Of a DNA stretch of 48,008 nucleotides, positions 32,860-42,785 are shown piece after piece. The position numbers and the translations under genes were made by a program. This stretch comes from an uncultured Acidiferrobacteraceae bacterium (GTDB lineage: Bacteria; Pseudomonadota; Gammaproteobacteria; Arenicellales; UBA868). The notes under the pieces were generated by a model. That model saw only the letters and a list, made by a program, of their open reading frames with translations, made no database searches and was not told the DNA's origin. Position 1 is the first letter of the stretch. Every line of letters begins with the position of its first letter. The DNA lies in NCBI GenBank assembly GCA_913031305.1, contig CAJWEF010000001.1, positions 1-48,008 on the forward strand, written 5' to 3'.

Positions 32860-34311
32860 TTAACTGCGCCAGAAGGCAGGGGTCAGTAATACCAGCAGGG
32901 TAAAGATTTCCAGACGTCCCATCAGCATTGCGGTGCACAGTACCCATTTACCCACCGTTGTCACCCCGGCGTAATTGTCCGCAACCGAACCCAGCCCCGG
33001 CCCGAGATTATTCAGGCAGGCGGTTATCGCTGAAAAGGCGGTGACCAGATCGACACCAGTTGCCGTCATGGCGATTGACAGACCCACGTAGCTGAGAATG
33101 TACAGGGCAAAAAACCCCCAGACCGCGTTAACCACGTGATCGGGCACCGGCTTATTTCCCAGCTTGATGGTGATGAATGCACTGGGGTGTATCAGTTGAT
33201 TGATCTCACGCCTACCCTGTTTGTACAGTAGAACCAGTCGAATCATTTTCATGCCGCCGGCGGTGGAGCCGGCACATCCACCGACGGCGCTCATCATGAT
33301 TAGCATGACCGGCAGGAACGACGGCCACCAGTGAAAACCGGTGGTAGTGAAGCCAGTGGTCGTGCCAATGGAGATCACCTGGAAAATGCCATGCCACAAG
33401 GTATCGCTGATACCCGGGTAGACGCGCCAGTAAAGGAGCATGGTGACAGTAAGAAGGATAATGACCGAAAAAAAACCAATATATGCTCGCACTTCTGAAT
33501 CCTGCAGGTAGGCTAGCGGTGAGCGTGAGCGAACTACGGTAAAGTGCAGTGCGAAATTAATAGCTGATACCAGCATGAAACAACTTGCAATAATCGAGAT
33601 TGCCGGGCTATCAAAGAAGCCCATGCTCAGGTCATGGGTCGAGAAGCCGCCGATCGCCACGGTGGAAAAAGCATGGCCAACTGCATCGAAAACACTCATG
33701 CCGCTCAGCCAGTAGGCCAGGGCGCAACTGACTGTGAGCCCCAAGTAGATATACCACAGCGCCTTAGCAGTTTCGGTGATCCGTGGCGTCAGCTTGGTGT
33801 CTTTCATTGGCCCCGGAGTTTCGGCACGGTAAAGTTGCATGCCGCCGACTCCGAGCATTGGCATTACAGCGACTGCCAGTACGATGATACCCATGCCGCC
33901 GAGCCACTGCAGTTGCTGGCGGTAATACAGGATGGAAGCTGGCAGTTGATCTATGCCGGTGAGGACAGTGGCGCCAGTAGTTGTCAGGCCCGACATCGAT
34001 TCGAATAATGCGTCCGTGATACTCAACTGCGGATCGGGGGAAAGCAGTAGCGGCAATGCGCCGAACAGAGCTAATACGGTCCAGAACAGCACCACGACCA
34101 GGAAGCCGTCTCGTACTCTAAGCTCACTTTTTTTTGCGCGTAGTGGCAGCCACAAGGCTAACCCTGCCACAATGGTGACTAGCCAGGCGATAAAGAACGC
34201 AAGCGCTCCACCATCGCCGCCAATCAGTGCGATCATCAGCGGCGGCAGTAGTGTCGTGCTGAACATGACCAGCAACACGCCCAGAATCTTCAGCACAGCG
34301 GTGGATAGCAT
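32860..34311 (-). CDS. trkH: Trk potassium uptake membrane protein
   Basis: ESMSGLTTTGA, QWLGGMGII, GGCAGSTAGG, NNLGPG, GRLEIF. Confidence 0.96.
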   Translation of the reverse strand: MLSTAVLKILGVLLVMFSTTLLPPLMIALIGGDGGALAFFIAWLVTIVAGLALWLPLRAKKSELRVRDGFLVVVLFWTVLALFGALPLLLSPDPQLSITDALFESMSGLTTTGATVLTGIDQLPASILYYRQQLQWLGGMGIIVLAVAVMPMLGVGGMQLYRAETPGPMKDTKLTPRITETAKALWYIYLGLTVSCALAYWLSGMSVFDAVGHAFSTVAIGGFSTHDLSMGFFDSPAISIIASCFMLVSAINFALHFTVVRSRSPLAYLQDSEVRAYIGFFSVIILLTVTMLLYWRVYPGISDTLWHGIFQVISIGTTTGFTTTGFHWWPSFLPVMLIMMSAVGGCAGSTAGGMKMIRLVLLYKQGRREINQLIHPSAFITIKLGNKPVPDHVVNAVWGFFALYILSYVGLSIAMTATGVDLVTAFSAITACLNNLGPGLGSVADNYAGVTTVGKWVLCTAMLMGRLEIFTLLVLLTPAFWRS

Positions 34312-34326
34312 GGCTGTAGGCCCCCC

Positions 34327-35703
34327 TTAAATGAAGGTTACCGCTACCTGAAACAGTTGTTCGACTTCACGGATGTGACGTTTGTCGACTACAAAAAGAA
34401 TGACGTGGTCTTCCGATTCAATCACCGTGTCGTGATGGGCGATGACGACATCCTTTCCCCGGAGAATAGCGCCCAGCATGATGCCTAGAGGCAGCGAGAT
34501 GTCTTCAATCGAGCGACCAACGACTCGGGAATTGGTTTTGTCTCCATGGGCAATGGCCTCAATGGCCTCGGCAGCACCGCGTCGCAAAGAATGAACCGCG
34601 ACCATGTCGCCGCGCCTGACATGGGTGAGCAGTGAGCCAACCGTCGCAAGGCGTGGTGATATGGCGATGTCGACCAGTGTGTTTTCCATCAGATCAACAT
34701 AAGCAGAGCGGTTTACCAGAGCCATGGTACGTTTCGCTCCGAGTCGTTTAGCAAGCATGGCAGAGAGAATGTTGGCCTCGTCATCGTTAGTCAGCGAACA
34801 GAATATATCGATACTGTCGATATTCTCCTGATGCATTAATTCTTCATCTGCAGCGTCACCATGCAGGACAACGGTACGGTCGAGTTGCCCGGAAACCTGT
34901 TTTGCCCGGACTGCATTGTGCTCAACCAGTTTGACGTGGTAATGGGACTTTTCGAGGGTTTGCGCGAGGCGCAACCCGATATTACCTGCGCCGGTGAGCA
35001 TAATGCGGCGGCCGGGCTTTTCTACCGCGCAAAGTTCGCTCATGACAGACTGGATATTTTCGCGGGCAGCCAGAAAAAATACCTCGTCACCCGGCTCGAT
35101 AACAGTGTTACCTTCAGGGGGGATCGCCCGATCCTGACGGTAGATTGCAGCAACGCGGGTGTCCACGTTGGGCAGGTCTTCGCGTAGAGCTTTAAGTTCG
35201 CGGCCGATCAGAGGGCTTTCCCTGTCAGCCCGAACTCCCACCAGCTGAATTCGATCACTAGCAAAATTAACCACCTGCAATGCACCTGGATACTCAATCA
35301 GATGCAGAATATGCTGGGTAACGATATGCTCGGGGCTGATAATGACGTCAATCGGAATCGCTTCATCGGTGAAGATGCCTGGATGGGAGAGGTATTCTGC
35401 TGACCGGATTCGCGCGATCTTTTTAGGCGTATTAAACAGTGAATGAGCAATCTGGCAGGCCGCCATATTGACTTCGTCCTGGCCGGTTACCGCGAGCACC
35501 AGATCAGCGTCTCGTCCGCCGGCTTGTTCCAGTATGCTTGGATGAGAGGCAGCCCCGTGCAGGGTACGAATATCGAGTCGATCCTGAAGTCCGTCGAGTT
35601 TTTCATTGTCGATATCGACCAGAGTCACATCGTTGTCTTCGCGGGAGAGAATCTCCGCCATGGAGGTGCCAACTTGTCCTGCGCCCAGAATGATTATTTT
35701 CAC
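34327..35703 (-). CDS. trkA: Trk system potassium uptake protein TrkA
   Basis: MKIIILGAGQVG, second GAGNIG Rossmann motif, RRGAAEAIEAIAHGD. Confidence 0.96.
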   Translation of the reverse strand: MKIIILGAGQVGTSMAEILSREDNDVTLVDIDNEKLDGLQDRLDIRTLHGAASHPSILEQAGGRDADLVLAVTGQDEVNMAACQIAHSLFNTPKKIARIRSAEYLSHPGIFTDEAIPIDVIISPEHIVTQHILHLIEYPGALQVVNFASDRIQLVGVRADRESPLIGRELKALREDLPNVDTRVAAIYRQDRAIPPEGNTVIEPGDEVFFLAARENIQSVMSELCAVEKPGRRIMLTGAGNIGLRLAQTLEKSHYHVKLVEHNAVRAKQVSGQLDRTVVLHGDAADEELMHQENIDSIDIFCSLTNDDEANILSAMLAKRLGAKRTMALVNRSAYVDLMENTLVDIAISPRLATVGSLLTHVRRGDMVAVHSLRRGAAEAIEAIAHGDKTNSRVVGRSIEDISLPLGIMLGAILRGKDVVIAHHDTVIESEDHVILFVVDKRHIREVEQLFQVAVTFI

Positions 35704-35731
35704 GGGTAGGGTTCCCTGCGGTTAACGAGTT

Positions 35732-37117
35732 TCATTGGCGATACTTTTCAGCCTTGGGGTTGATGCCCAGGCCTTTAAGTTTGCGGTACAGATGCGTGCG
35801 CTCGAGTTCGGCCCGCCGCGCCAGTTCACTGATATTTCCACCGGTTTGGTGCAGATGGAATTCTAGGTAGTCACGCTCAAAACCTTCTCGCGCAGATCTA
35901 AGCGGCCGACCGAAATCCCGCCAGGCATTTTTTTCCTCGACTTCGTCAAGCGGAGTCGCGCTTTGGCTCATGACCTCACGAGTCTCTTCGGCCTCAATCT
36001 CCTCTGAGGTTGTTGTCAGCAGCATACGGTGAACAAAGTTGATCAACTCACGCACATTTCCCGGCCATGGACGGTTACGGAGGTAATTGATCGACGAGAT
36101 GGAAAATCGACGAAAGGGTAGGCGTTGGTTCTCAGTAATTTGCTGAACGTAGTGATTGATCAGATCCGGAATATCCTCTCGATGTGCACGCAGGGGTGGA
36201 ACCTGTATCGAAACCGTATTGATACGATAGAAAAGGTCTTCCCGTAGCAATTTGTCGGCCATTTTTTGTTCCAGAGCTTGGTTCGAAGTGGCCACGAGGC
36301 GGGTATTCAAGTCAAGTGGTGTTGTACCGCCCAAGCGAAAGAAACGGCCACCTTCAAGGGCGTTGAGCAGTTTGGCCTGGGCATCGAGATTTAGATCACC
36401 GATCTCGTCAAGCACCAACGTGCCGCCGTTGGCCTGCTCCAGTTGTCCAGGACGAGTGACACCTTCGCTTTCTGTTCCGAACAGGATAGCGCCGATGCTT
36501 TCAGCGGGCAGCGCGCCAAGATTCACTTCGATAAATGGTCCGCTGGAAAGTCTGCTGGCCTGATGCAACGCACGGGCCGCAACACCTTTGCCTGAGCCTG
36601 CTTCCCCGCGAATCATAACTGGCTGGTCGGTGGTTCCCACCCGGCTGATCAGTTGCTTTAGTTCAGCTAGAGATTCACTGTGGCCGATTAAACCGGCGGC
36701 AGGTTCGAGGCGTGTTCTCAATTGCAGATTTTCAGTTTGCAGCCGCACGTTTTCAAGTGCTCGGGCTACGGTAACCAGTAGCTTGGCAGTGGACAGCGGT
36801 TTCTCCAAAAAATCATAGGCACCGACGCGAATGGCTTCGACCGCAGTTTCTACCGTGCCGTGGCCAGAGATCATGATGACTGGAGTTTGTAGTACGTCCG
36901 AATTCTTGCGCCATTCGCGAAGCAGGGCGATGCCGTCGGTGTCCGGCATCCAGATATCCAGCAGCACCAGGTCAGGGCGATCCTCGACATAGCAGACGCG
37001 GGCCGTTGCTGCATCCTGGGCGGTTGTTACGGTGTACCCTTCGTCACTCAGGATATCGCTGACTACTTGCCGTATATCCGGCTCATCATCGACGACAAGA
37101 ACAGTAAATGGGCTCAT
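35732..37117 (-). CDS. ntrX: NtrX-like response regulator (REC-AAA+-HTH)
   Basis: VVDDE, LDIWMP, GEAGSGK, WPGNVREL, ERTHLYRKLK; operon context. Confidence 0.85.
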   Translation of the reverse strand: MSPFTVLVVDDEPDIRQVVSDILSDEGYTVTTAQDAATARVCYVEDRPDLVLLDIWMPDTDGIALLREWRKNSDVLQTPVIMISGHGTVETAVEAIRVGAYDFLEKPLSTAKLLVTVARALENVRLQTENLQLRTRLEPAAGLIGHSESLAELKQLISRVGTTDQPVMIRGEAGSGKGVAARALHQASRLSSGPFIEVNLGALPAESIGAILFGTESEGVTRPGQLEQANGGTLVLDEIGDLNLDAQAKLLNALEGGRFFRLGGTTPLDLNTRLVATSNQALEQKMADKLLREDLFYRINTVSIQVPPLRAHREDIPDLINHYVQQITENQRLPFRRFSISSINYLRNRPWPGNVRELINFVHRMLLTTTSEEIEAEETREVMSQSATPLDEVEEKNAWRDFGRPLRSAREGFERDYLEFHLHQTGGNISELARRAELERTHLYRKLKGLGINPKAEKYRQ

Positions 37118-37148
37118 AGGGTTATTGTGCGTTTGAGGGCCCTGGGCA

Positions 37149-39293
37149 TTACTGGCGCGGCGGGAGCGAAATTATAACGGTAGCCCCGCCGTTGGGCAGA
37201 TTGGTCGCGCGGATATTGCCACCGTGCTCTTCGACAATCCGACGACAGATCGCCAGTCCCAGTCCGCTGCCTTTTTCCTTTGAGGTCACATACGGCTCAA
37301 AGATTCGGTCAATGGTCTGCGGGTCGAACCCCGGGCCATTATCATGGACCGTGAGGCTGATGCCTTGAGTGCTTTCGTTCAAGCGAGTACTGATTATGAC
37401 TTCACCTGAATCACTCTCAAGGGCATCTTGTGCGTTGATAACGAGATTGTTCAGAACCTGGCGCAAGGCGTTGGGGTCAGCCCGTGTCTGTCCCAGCGTG
37501 GTGTCCAGATCGGTCAGTAGTTTGATGGGTGTTGCTCCGGACCGAAAAAGCTCGACGGTGTCGGTGACTAACTGGTTGATATCGATCAGGAGCAATTGCA
37601 ACGGCGCCGGCTGAGCGTACTCGGCAAAGGCATTGACCATGGTTTTCATCGCTTCGACCTGCTGCACGATGGTTCTAGTTGATCGATCCAGTGTTTCGCG
37701 CTGTTCAGGATCGACGACCGACAGGTATTTGTTGCGGATACGTTCAGCTGAGAGCTGTATTGGGGTCAGGGGGTTCTTGATCTCATGGGCGAGCCGGCGC
37801 GCCACTTCACCCCAGGCGGCGTCCCGCTGCGCCTTGAGTAATTCGGTTGCATCTTCGAAAACCACCACATAGCCTGGGTCGACGCTTTCGGCATCCAGTC
37901 GAGTACCGCTGCAGATCAGAATATGCCGGCCGTTGGCACCAGTGACACTGATTTCACGCTGCCATTCCTTGGTCTGCTGTCTCATGCCATTTTCTACCGT
38001 ACCCAACAGAGTAGCCGCCCCGGGCAGGGCATCGCGCAATGGGTTGATTCCGGTACCGATGAAGTTCTCCAGGTTCGCTTCAAGAATCCGCTCTGCTGCC
38101 GCGTTATAGGTGCGTAGGTGTTGTTGCCCATCAAACGAGAGCACTCCAGCCGAAAGATGTGTCAGTACGGTATTGAGGTAGGCATGCTCCGCTTCAGCTC
38201 TTTGCTGGCTTTCCAGGGCGACTTGCTGGGCGTTGCCGATTTCGCGGGTCATCCGGTTAAAGGAGTCAACGAGCACGCCGAGTTCGTCTCCGCTGTGGAC
38301 CGGCAATTGTTTATTGTAATCGCCTCGGGCAACCGCCTGGGTGCCTTCGGCCAGGTCGCGAAGCGGCGCGACCAGTCTTTGGACAAGAACTATCGACGCC
38401 CATAGTGCGATCAGCAATGTCATGACGGTAATCAGTGTCAGCGTTAATACGAAGCTGACGGTCAGTGGGCCACGCAGGTATTTCAGTTTTTCATACTCTG
38501 TCGAAGCCGACTCTACGCTCTCTCCTAGGCGCGAATAACGCAGCGGCAATTGATGCAGTACCTGTAACACTCTTGCCGGCGTACTAACTCCAAGGCCAGG
38601 CACGGGTATCGCTACCCGGAGCATCAGTCCACGGTCCTGGGTGGGCTCAAATTCAGCGAATATCTGGTCGCGACGGACTTTTCTCAGGACTTGCTTATCC
38701 GGCGCATCAGGCACCAGTGATATCGCCATCTTGCTGCTGGATGCCAGAATTCGGCCGCTGGCCGAATGTAGACTCATTTCCTCAAATGCTCCGGCTTCGC
38801 GAAGCCTGTCAAGCAGGTTGTACAGTTGAAACGACGAGGTAGTCGTTTCGATTAGCCGTGCGGTTTTACGTGCCTGCTGGATCACATCGAGTTTGGTTGC
38901 TTCCAGTGTGCTTCTTCCCAGGAGTAGCGCGTCGTCGAGAGCCTGTTCTATCTGGACGTCAAACCACGAGTCGATGCTTCGGCTCAGAAACTGGACTGCA
39001 AAATAATAGACCATCGCGAGCGGCACAACAGCGAGGATCACGAAGGTCCCGATAAAGCGAAGCGTCAGTCGGGACCCCAGAGTCCGATTGCGGAACTGGA
39101 TAACGAGCCTGCGGATCTGGAAGAAGGTTAGGATCGCCAGGATGGCAATTCCCACAACATTTAAAACGATGAGCGCCACGTAGTGGCCACCAAAAAGGTC
39201 ATCGTTCTTCGCGCTCTGGCTGAGCAGAATAGATGCCACCAGCAGAACGATTGACAGGGCTAGCGTGAGCGCAAACCCCAGGGATCGATTCAC
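37149..39293 (-). CDS. ntrY: NtrY-like sensor histidine kinase (HAMP-PAS-HisKA-HATPase)
   Basis: AWGEVARRLAHEIKNPLTPIQLSAER, DNGPG, GSGLGL; GTG at 39293 overlaps upstream stop (GTGA). Confidence 0.87.
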   Translation of the reverse strand: MNRSLGFALTLALSIVLLVASILLSQSAKNDDLFGGHYVALIVLNVVGIAILAILTFFQIRRLVIQFRNRTLGSRLTLRFIGTFVILAVVPLAMVYYFAVQFLSRSIDSWFDVQIEQALDDALLLGRSTLEATKLDVIQQARKTARLIETTTSSFQLYNLLDRLREAGAFEEMSLHSASGRILASSSKMAISLVPDAPDKQVLRKVRRDQIFAEFEPTQDRGLMLRVAIPVPGLGVSTPARVLQVLHQLPLRYSRLGESVESASTEYEKLKYLRGPLTVSFVLTLTLITVMTLLIALWASIVLVQRLVAPLRDLAEGTQAVARGDYNKQLPVHSGDELGVLVDSFNRMTREIGNAQQVALESQQRAEAEHAYLNTVLTHLSAGVLSFDGQQHLRTYNAAAERILEANLENFIGTGINPLRDALPGAATLLGTVENGMRQQTKEWQREISVTGANGRHILICSGTRLDAESVDPGYVVVFEDATELLKAQRDAAWGEVARRLAHEIKNPLTPIQLSAERIRNKYLSVVDPEQRETLDRSTRTIVQQVEAMKTMVNAFAEYAQPAPLQLLLIDINQLVTDTVELFRSGATPIKLLTDLDTTLGQTRADPNALRQVLNNLVINAQDALESDSGEVIISTRLNESTQGISLTVHDNGPGFDPQTIDRIFEPYVTSKEKGSGLGLAICRRIVEEHGGNIRATNLPNGGATVIISLPPRQ

Positions 39294-39877
39294 CGGGTCT
39301 TGACCTTCCAGCGTCCCCAACTGCTGCGCAGTTGCCAATCCTTAAAGATAAGGGCAACCAGTTTCAAAGGTCCGGGCAGGCTTTTGCGATCTAGCGAAAC
39401 CTGCAGACGCATCTGCAGGTCATCGTTCTCATGGGTTCCCGCGGGCAAGTCAACTGTCGTTGCAAAGCGACCTATGGCGCTCAGCGTTTCAGTCAGAGTA
39501 GGGAAATCATCGGTCGTCCCCGTCGCGACCTGGGTCAGGGTGTAACGGTTGGACAATGCATGGTGCTCCACGCGGAAGCGCTGCTCCCAGTTTGCTACCT
39601 TAAAGTACCATGATGCCAGGCTGGCCCGGTAAAGTCGGGTCTGTACCACTATGGTAAGCCCAATACCTTTGGACAGCGCTTGAGCAGGATCACCCGTGAT
39701 CTTTAGGGTCAATTGTGCCGAGGTGCTGAGTAAGCCCCCAGCCAGTTTCGATTGCCCCGAATTAACGGCGAATTGGGCGTGCGCGGGTATCGAAAAACCG
39801 GCGAGTAGCATTGCCAGCAGCAATGCTTGCAACAGGCGGGTTGGCCGGGCGGCGCCGGAATTTGGCTGAAAAAACAT
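39290..39877 (-). CDS. DUF4390-family periplasmic protein
   Basis: Signal peptide ending AHA, ALSKGI.L, LDRKSLPGPL; conserved position between rsmB and ntrY. Confidence 0.75.
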   Translation of the reverse strand: MFFQPNSGAARPTRLLQALLLAMLLAGFSIPAHAQFAVNSGQSKLAGGLLSTSAQLTLKITGDPAQALSKGIGLTIVVQTRLYRASLASWYFKVANWEQRFRVEHHALSNRYTLTQVATGTTDDFPTLTETLSAIGRFATTVDLPAGTHENDDLQMRLQVSLDRKSLPGPLKLVALIFKDWQLRSSWGRWKVKTR

Positions 39878-39932
39878 AGAAGGTGATTTTCGGGCTGGGC
39901 CGAATTATACGGTCTTGCCGATGTTCGTAGCC

Positions 39933-41222
39933 TTAATCCTTGAATAACGATGCAAAGTACAGGCCATCATGCTCTTCGTCAGGCAGAAACTGATTTCCCA
40001 GTTCAGTTGTCAGGGCGCCTGATACGGTCGGTTTTTCGGGTTTTTCTCCAGAGTGTTTACGGTGTAACTCAAGCAAGGGGCCGTCATTCTCTTGTGGCAG
40101 GACCGAGCAGGTAATGTAAAGCAATTGCCCACCCGGAGCGAGCAAAGGCCACAGCCGCGCTGCCATTTGTGCCTGGGTTGTTGCGTACGTGATGATGTCA
40201 GAAGCTCGCCGATGGTGGCGGATATCAGGGTGTCGCCTCATGACTCCGGTCCCACTGCACGGTGCGTCCAATACGATTAGGTCAAATAATTGACCATCCC
40301 ACCAGGTTTCGGGCTGTAGGACGTCGCCCGCGATGAGTTTCGCTGTCAAGCCGAGTCGAGTCAGGTTGTCACTGATCGCTTCTGTACGGCCTGGTCGATC
40401 AAGCGCGGTGAGCGATTTAATCTGCGGATACACCTCGAGCAGATGGGTGCATTTTCCGCCGGGCGCTGCACAGGCGTCGAGGACCCGAGCCCCTTGAGCA
40501 GGCTGGCAAAATATTGGCGTCATTTGCGCCGCAGCATCCTGTATTGACACCTTGCCGGCTGCAAAGCCAGGAAGTTCAGCCACGGACACAGGTTTATCCA
40601 GAATGACACCCCAGGGGCTAAGTGTTGAGGTCTGTGCGCTGAATCCTTGTTGCCGCAGCCACTTAAGGTATTCATCACGCGACATCTGCAAAGCGTTAAC
40701 CCGTAATGTCATGGGAGGTTTACGGTTGGCTGCCTCCAACACTTGGTTCCACTGATTGGGCCAGGCTTTGCGTATCGCATTCAGTAACCAGCGGGGAGTC
40801 GCAAAGAGTTCTTCATCACTGGCGGGTTCGGTACTGGTCTTAGCCCGTAAGTGAGAGCGTAATACGGCGTTTATCAGGCTGGTCGCTTTTGGAGCGCCAA
40901 GCAGTGCTGCGGCGTCGACAGTGCTGGCTGTCACCGCGTAATCGGGTTCGTCCAGGTGATCGTACTGGTAAAGCCCGCACACCAACAGCGATTCGAGTAT
41001 TCGATCCCGGGCACGTAGTGGCCGATGTAATTGGCGCGACAAAACTCCGTGGTAGCGGTGCCACCAGCGCAGCGTACCCCAGGCGATTTCCCGGATTTCG
41101 CTAATGCGGCGCGCCGGGACGGTGCTCAGATGCTTCTTGGCTGCCATCTCCAAAGAGCGACCCTGGGCGACAACATCATGGACTATACGAGCGGCGACGG
41201 CACAAACTTCAGCGCTGGGCAT
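39933..41222 (-). CDS. rsmB: 16S rRNA m5C967 methyltransferase
   Basis: PPMTLRVN, QDAAAQ, LDACAAPGGK, DAPCSGTG..RRHPDI, YITCS; ATG 41222 overlaps fmt end. Confidence 0.95.
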   Translation of the reverse strand: MPSAEVCAVAARIVHDVVAQGRSLEMAAKKHLSTVPARRISEIREIAWGTLRWWHRYHGVLSRQLHRPLRARDRILESLLVCGLYQYDHLDEPDYAVTASTVDAAALLGAPKATSLINAVLRSHLRAKTSTEPASDEELFATPRWLLNAIRKAWPNQWNQVLEAANRKPPMTLRVNALQMSRDEYLKWLRQQGFSAQTSTLSPWGVILDKPVSVAELPGFAAGKVSIQDAAAQMTPIFCQPAQGARVLDACAAPGGKCTHLLEVYPQIKSLTALDRPGRTEAISDNLTRLGLTAKLIAGDVLQPETWWDGQLFDLIVLDAPCSGTGVMRRHPDIRHHRRASDIITYATTQAQMAARLWPLLAPGGQLLYITCSVLPQENDGPLLELHRKHSGEKPEKPTVSGALTTELGNQFLPDEEHDGLYFASLFKD

Positions 41223-42165
41223 GATCTGCCCCCCGGGCTGTGAAAATCGAGCCGGGTTTGATAGGGTGACCATGGAGAAAGGCTCGGGTATCCAGCGCTT
41301 TACCGCCTGGACGCTGCAGTTCCAGTAACTCAAGCGCTCCATTGCCGGTTTGCACCTGAATCAACCCATCTTGGGCGGCGAGAACCATGCCAGGATCCGC
41401 GCTAGTACAGGACGGTTTCGCGCGAGCCCGTCGGATCAGGTAATCCATGTCGCCCAGCCGCGAGCGCGCCAGCGGCCAGGGATTGAAGGCTCGGATGCGT
41501 CGTTCCAGCACCTCGGCGGGTGACCGCCAGTCAAGCCAGGTTTCGGCTCGGGTGAGTTGTTGTGCGTAACAGGCTCCGGTGGCAGCCTGCGGTGTGCCGA
41601 TGACGGGCGTTTGATCTAGTCGAGCCAACAGGCCTCGAAGCGCTTGTGCACCCAGCGTTGCGAGGCGATTGTGCAAAGATCCGCTGTTTTCACATTCATT
41701 GATTAATGTATCGGCGGTCGCTAAGACAGGACCGGTATCGAGCCCTTCATCCATCTGCATCAGGGTTACGCCAGTACGGGTGTCCCCGGCTTCAATGGCT
41801 CGCTGAATGGGCGCAGCGCCACGCCACCGGGGCAACAGTGAAGCGTGAACGTTTATGCATCCCAGGCGTGGTGTCGTCAGCACAGCGCGCGGCAGGATCA
41901 GACCGTACGCGACAACTACCATGAGGTCGATGTCCAGTGTGGATAGGTACGGTGCCTCAGTTTCCAGATCGGCTGGCTGGCGCAGTGTCAGCCCGTGACG
42001 CAGTGCGAGTTCTTTGACTGGGGACGCACGCAGTTTGCGGCCGCGTCCAGCCGGGCGATCTGGTTGGGTGTACACGGCACATACCTCCACATCGGAATCG
42101 AGCATGACCTCCAGTGAAGGTATTGCGAAATCAGGGGTACCAGCAAAAACTGCGCGTAGGGTCAC
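41209..42165 (-). CDS. fmt: Methionyl-tRNA formyltransferase
   Basis: FAGTPDFA, TQPDRPAGRG, NVHASLLPRWRGAAPI. Confidence 0.97.
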   Translation of the reverse strand: MTLRAVFAGTPDFAIPSLEVMLDSDVEVCAVYTQPDRPAGRGRKLRASPVKELALRHGLTLRQPADLETEAPYLSTLDIDLMVVVAYGLILPRAVLTTPRLGCINVHASLLPRWRGAAPIQRAIEAGDTRTGVTLMQMDEGLDTGPVLATADTLINECENSGSLHNRLATLGAQALRGLLARLDQTPVIGTPQAATGACYAQQLTRAETWLDWRSPAEVLERRIRAFNPWPLARSRLGDMDYLIRRARAKPSCTSADPGMVLAAQDGLIQVQTGNGALELLELQRPGGKALDTRAFLHGHPIKPGSIFTARGADHAQR

Positions 42166-42170
42166 TGTTG

Positions 42171-42710
42171 TCAGATAACAGGCACGTTCTCTTTGTCGCC
42201 GCCAGTGGGGCGCTCCGAGTGGGATTCGCGAACGAGGCGTTTGCGAATACGGTCACGCTTAAGCTGAGATAAATAGTCTACGAATACCTTGCCATCCAGG
42301 TGATCGACTTCGTGTTGGATACAGATTGCCAGTAGTCCCTCGGTATGCAACTCGATGGGCATTCCGTCGCTATCCAGCGCTGTGACGTTGGTCTGTGAGA
42401 AGCGTGCTACAGGCTCGATGATTCCGGGAACCGACAAGCAGCCCTCCTCGGATTCAATGGTTTCGCCAGAACTGGAAATGACCGGGTTGATAAAGACCTG
42501 TAGTTGGTCGTGGGTCTCTGAAATATCAATCACCACGACACGTTTTGTGACGTTCACCTGGGTAGCTGCCAACCCAATGCCTGGTGCGGCGTACATGGTT
42601 TGAGCCATATCCTTCACAAGTTGTCTGACCGATTGATCTACGGTCTCAACAGGCCTAGCCTGTTTTCGCAGTCGGGGGTCGGGGTACACCAGAATATTGA
42701 GCAACGCCAT
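42171..42710 (-). CDS. def: Peptide deformylase
   Basis: [20 protein letters not shown]; ATG 42710 (MALLNIL). Confidence 0.97.
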   Translation of the reverse strand: MALLNILVYPDPRLRKQARPVETVDQSVRQLVKDMAQTMYAAPGIGLAATQVNVTKRVVVIDISETHDQLQVFINPVISSSGETIESEEGCLSVPGIIEPVARFSQTNVTALDSDGMPIELHTEGLLAICIQHEVDHLDGKVFVDYLSQLKRDRIRKRLVRESHSERPTGGDKENVPVI

Positions 42711-42785
42711 GGTTTCAGTGCAAGCCCCGGGTTTGTGAACTGGTTCGCTTGGCTCGCACGGCAACTTTTGTCTACACTACAATAG

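Noticed and set aside
41223-41342. Longer RsmB start in the ORF track
   Set aside because: Would overlap fmt extensively; ATG 41222 gives a normal short overlap and length
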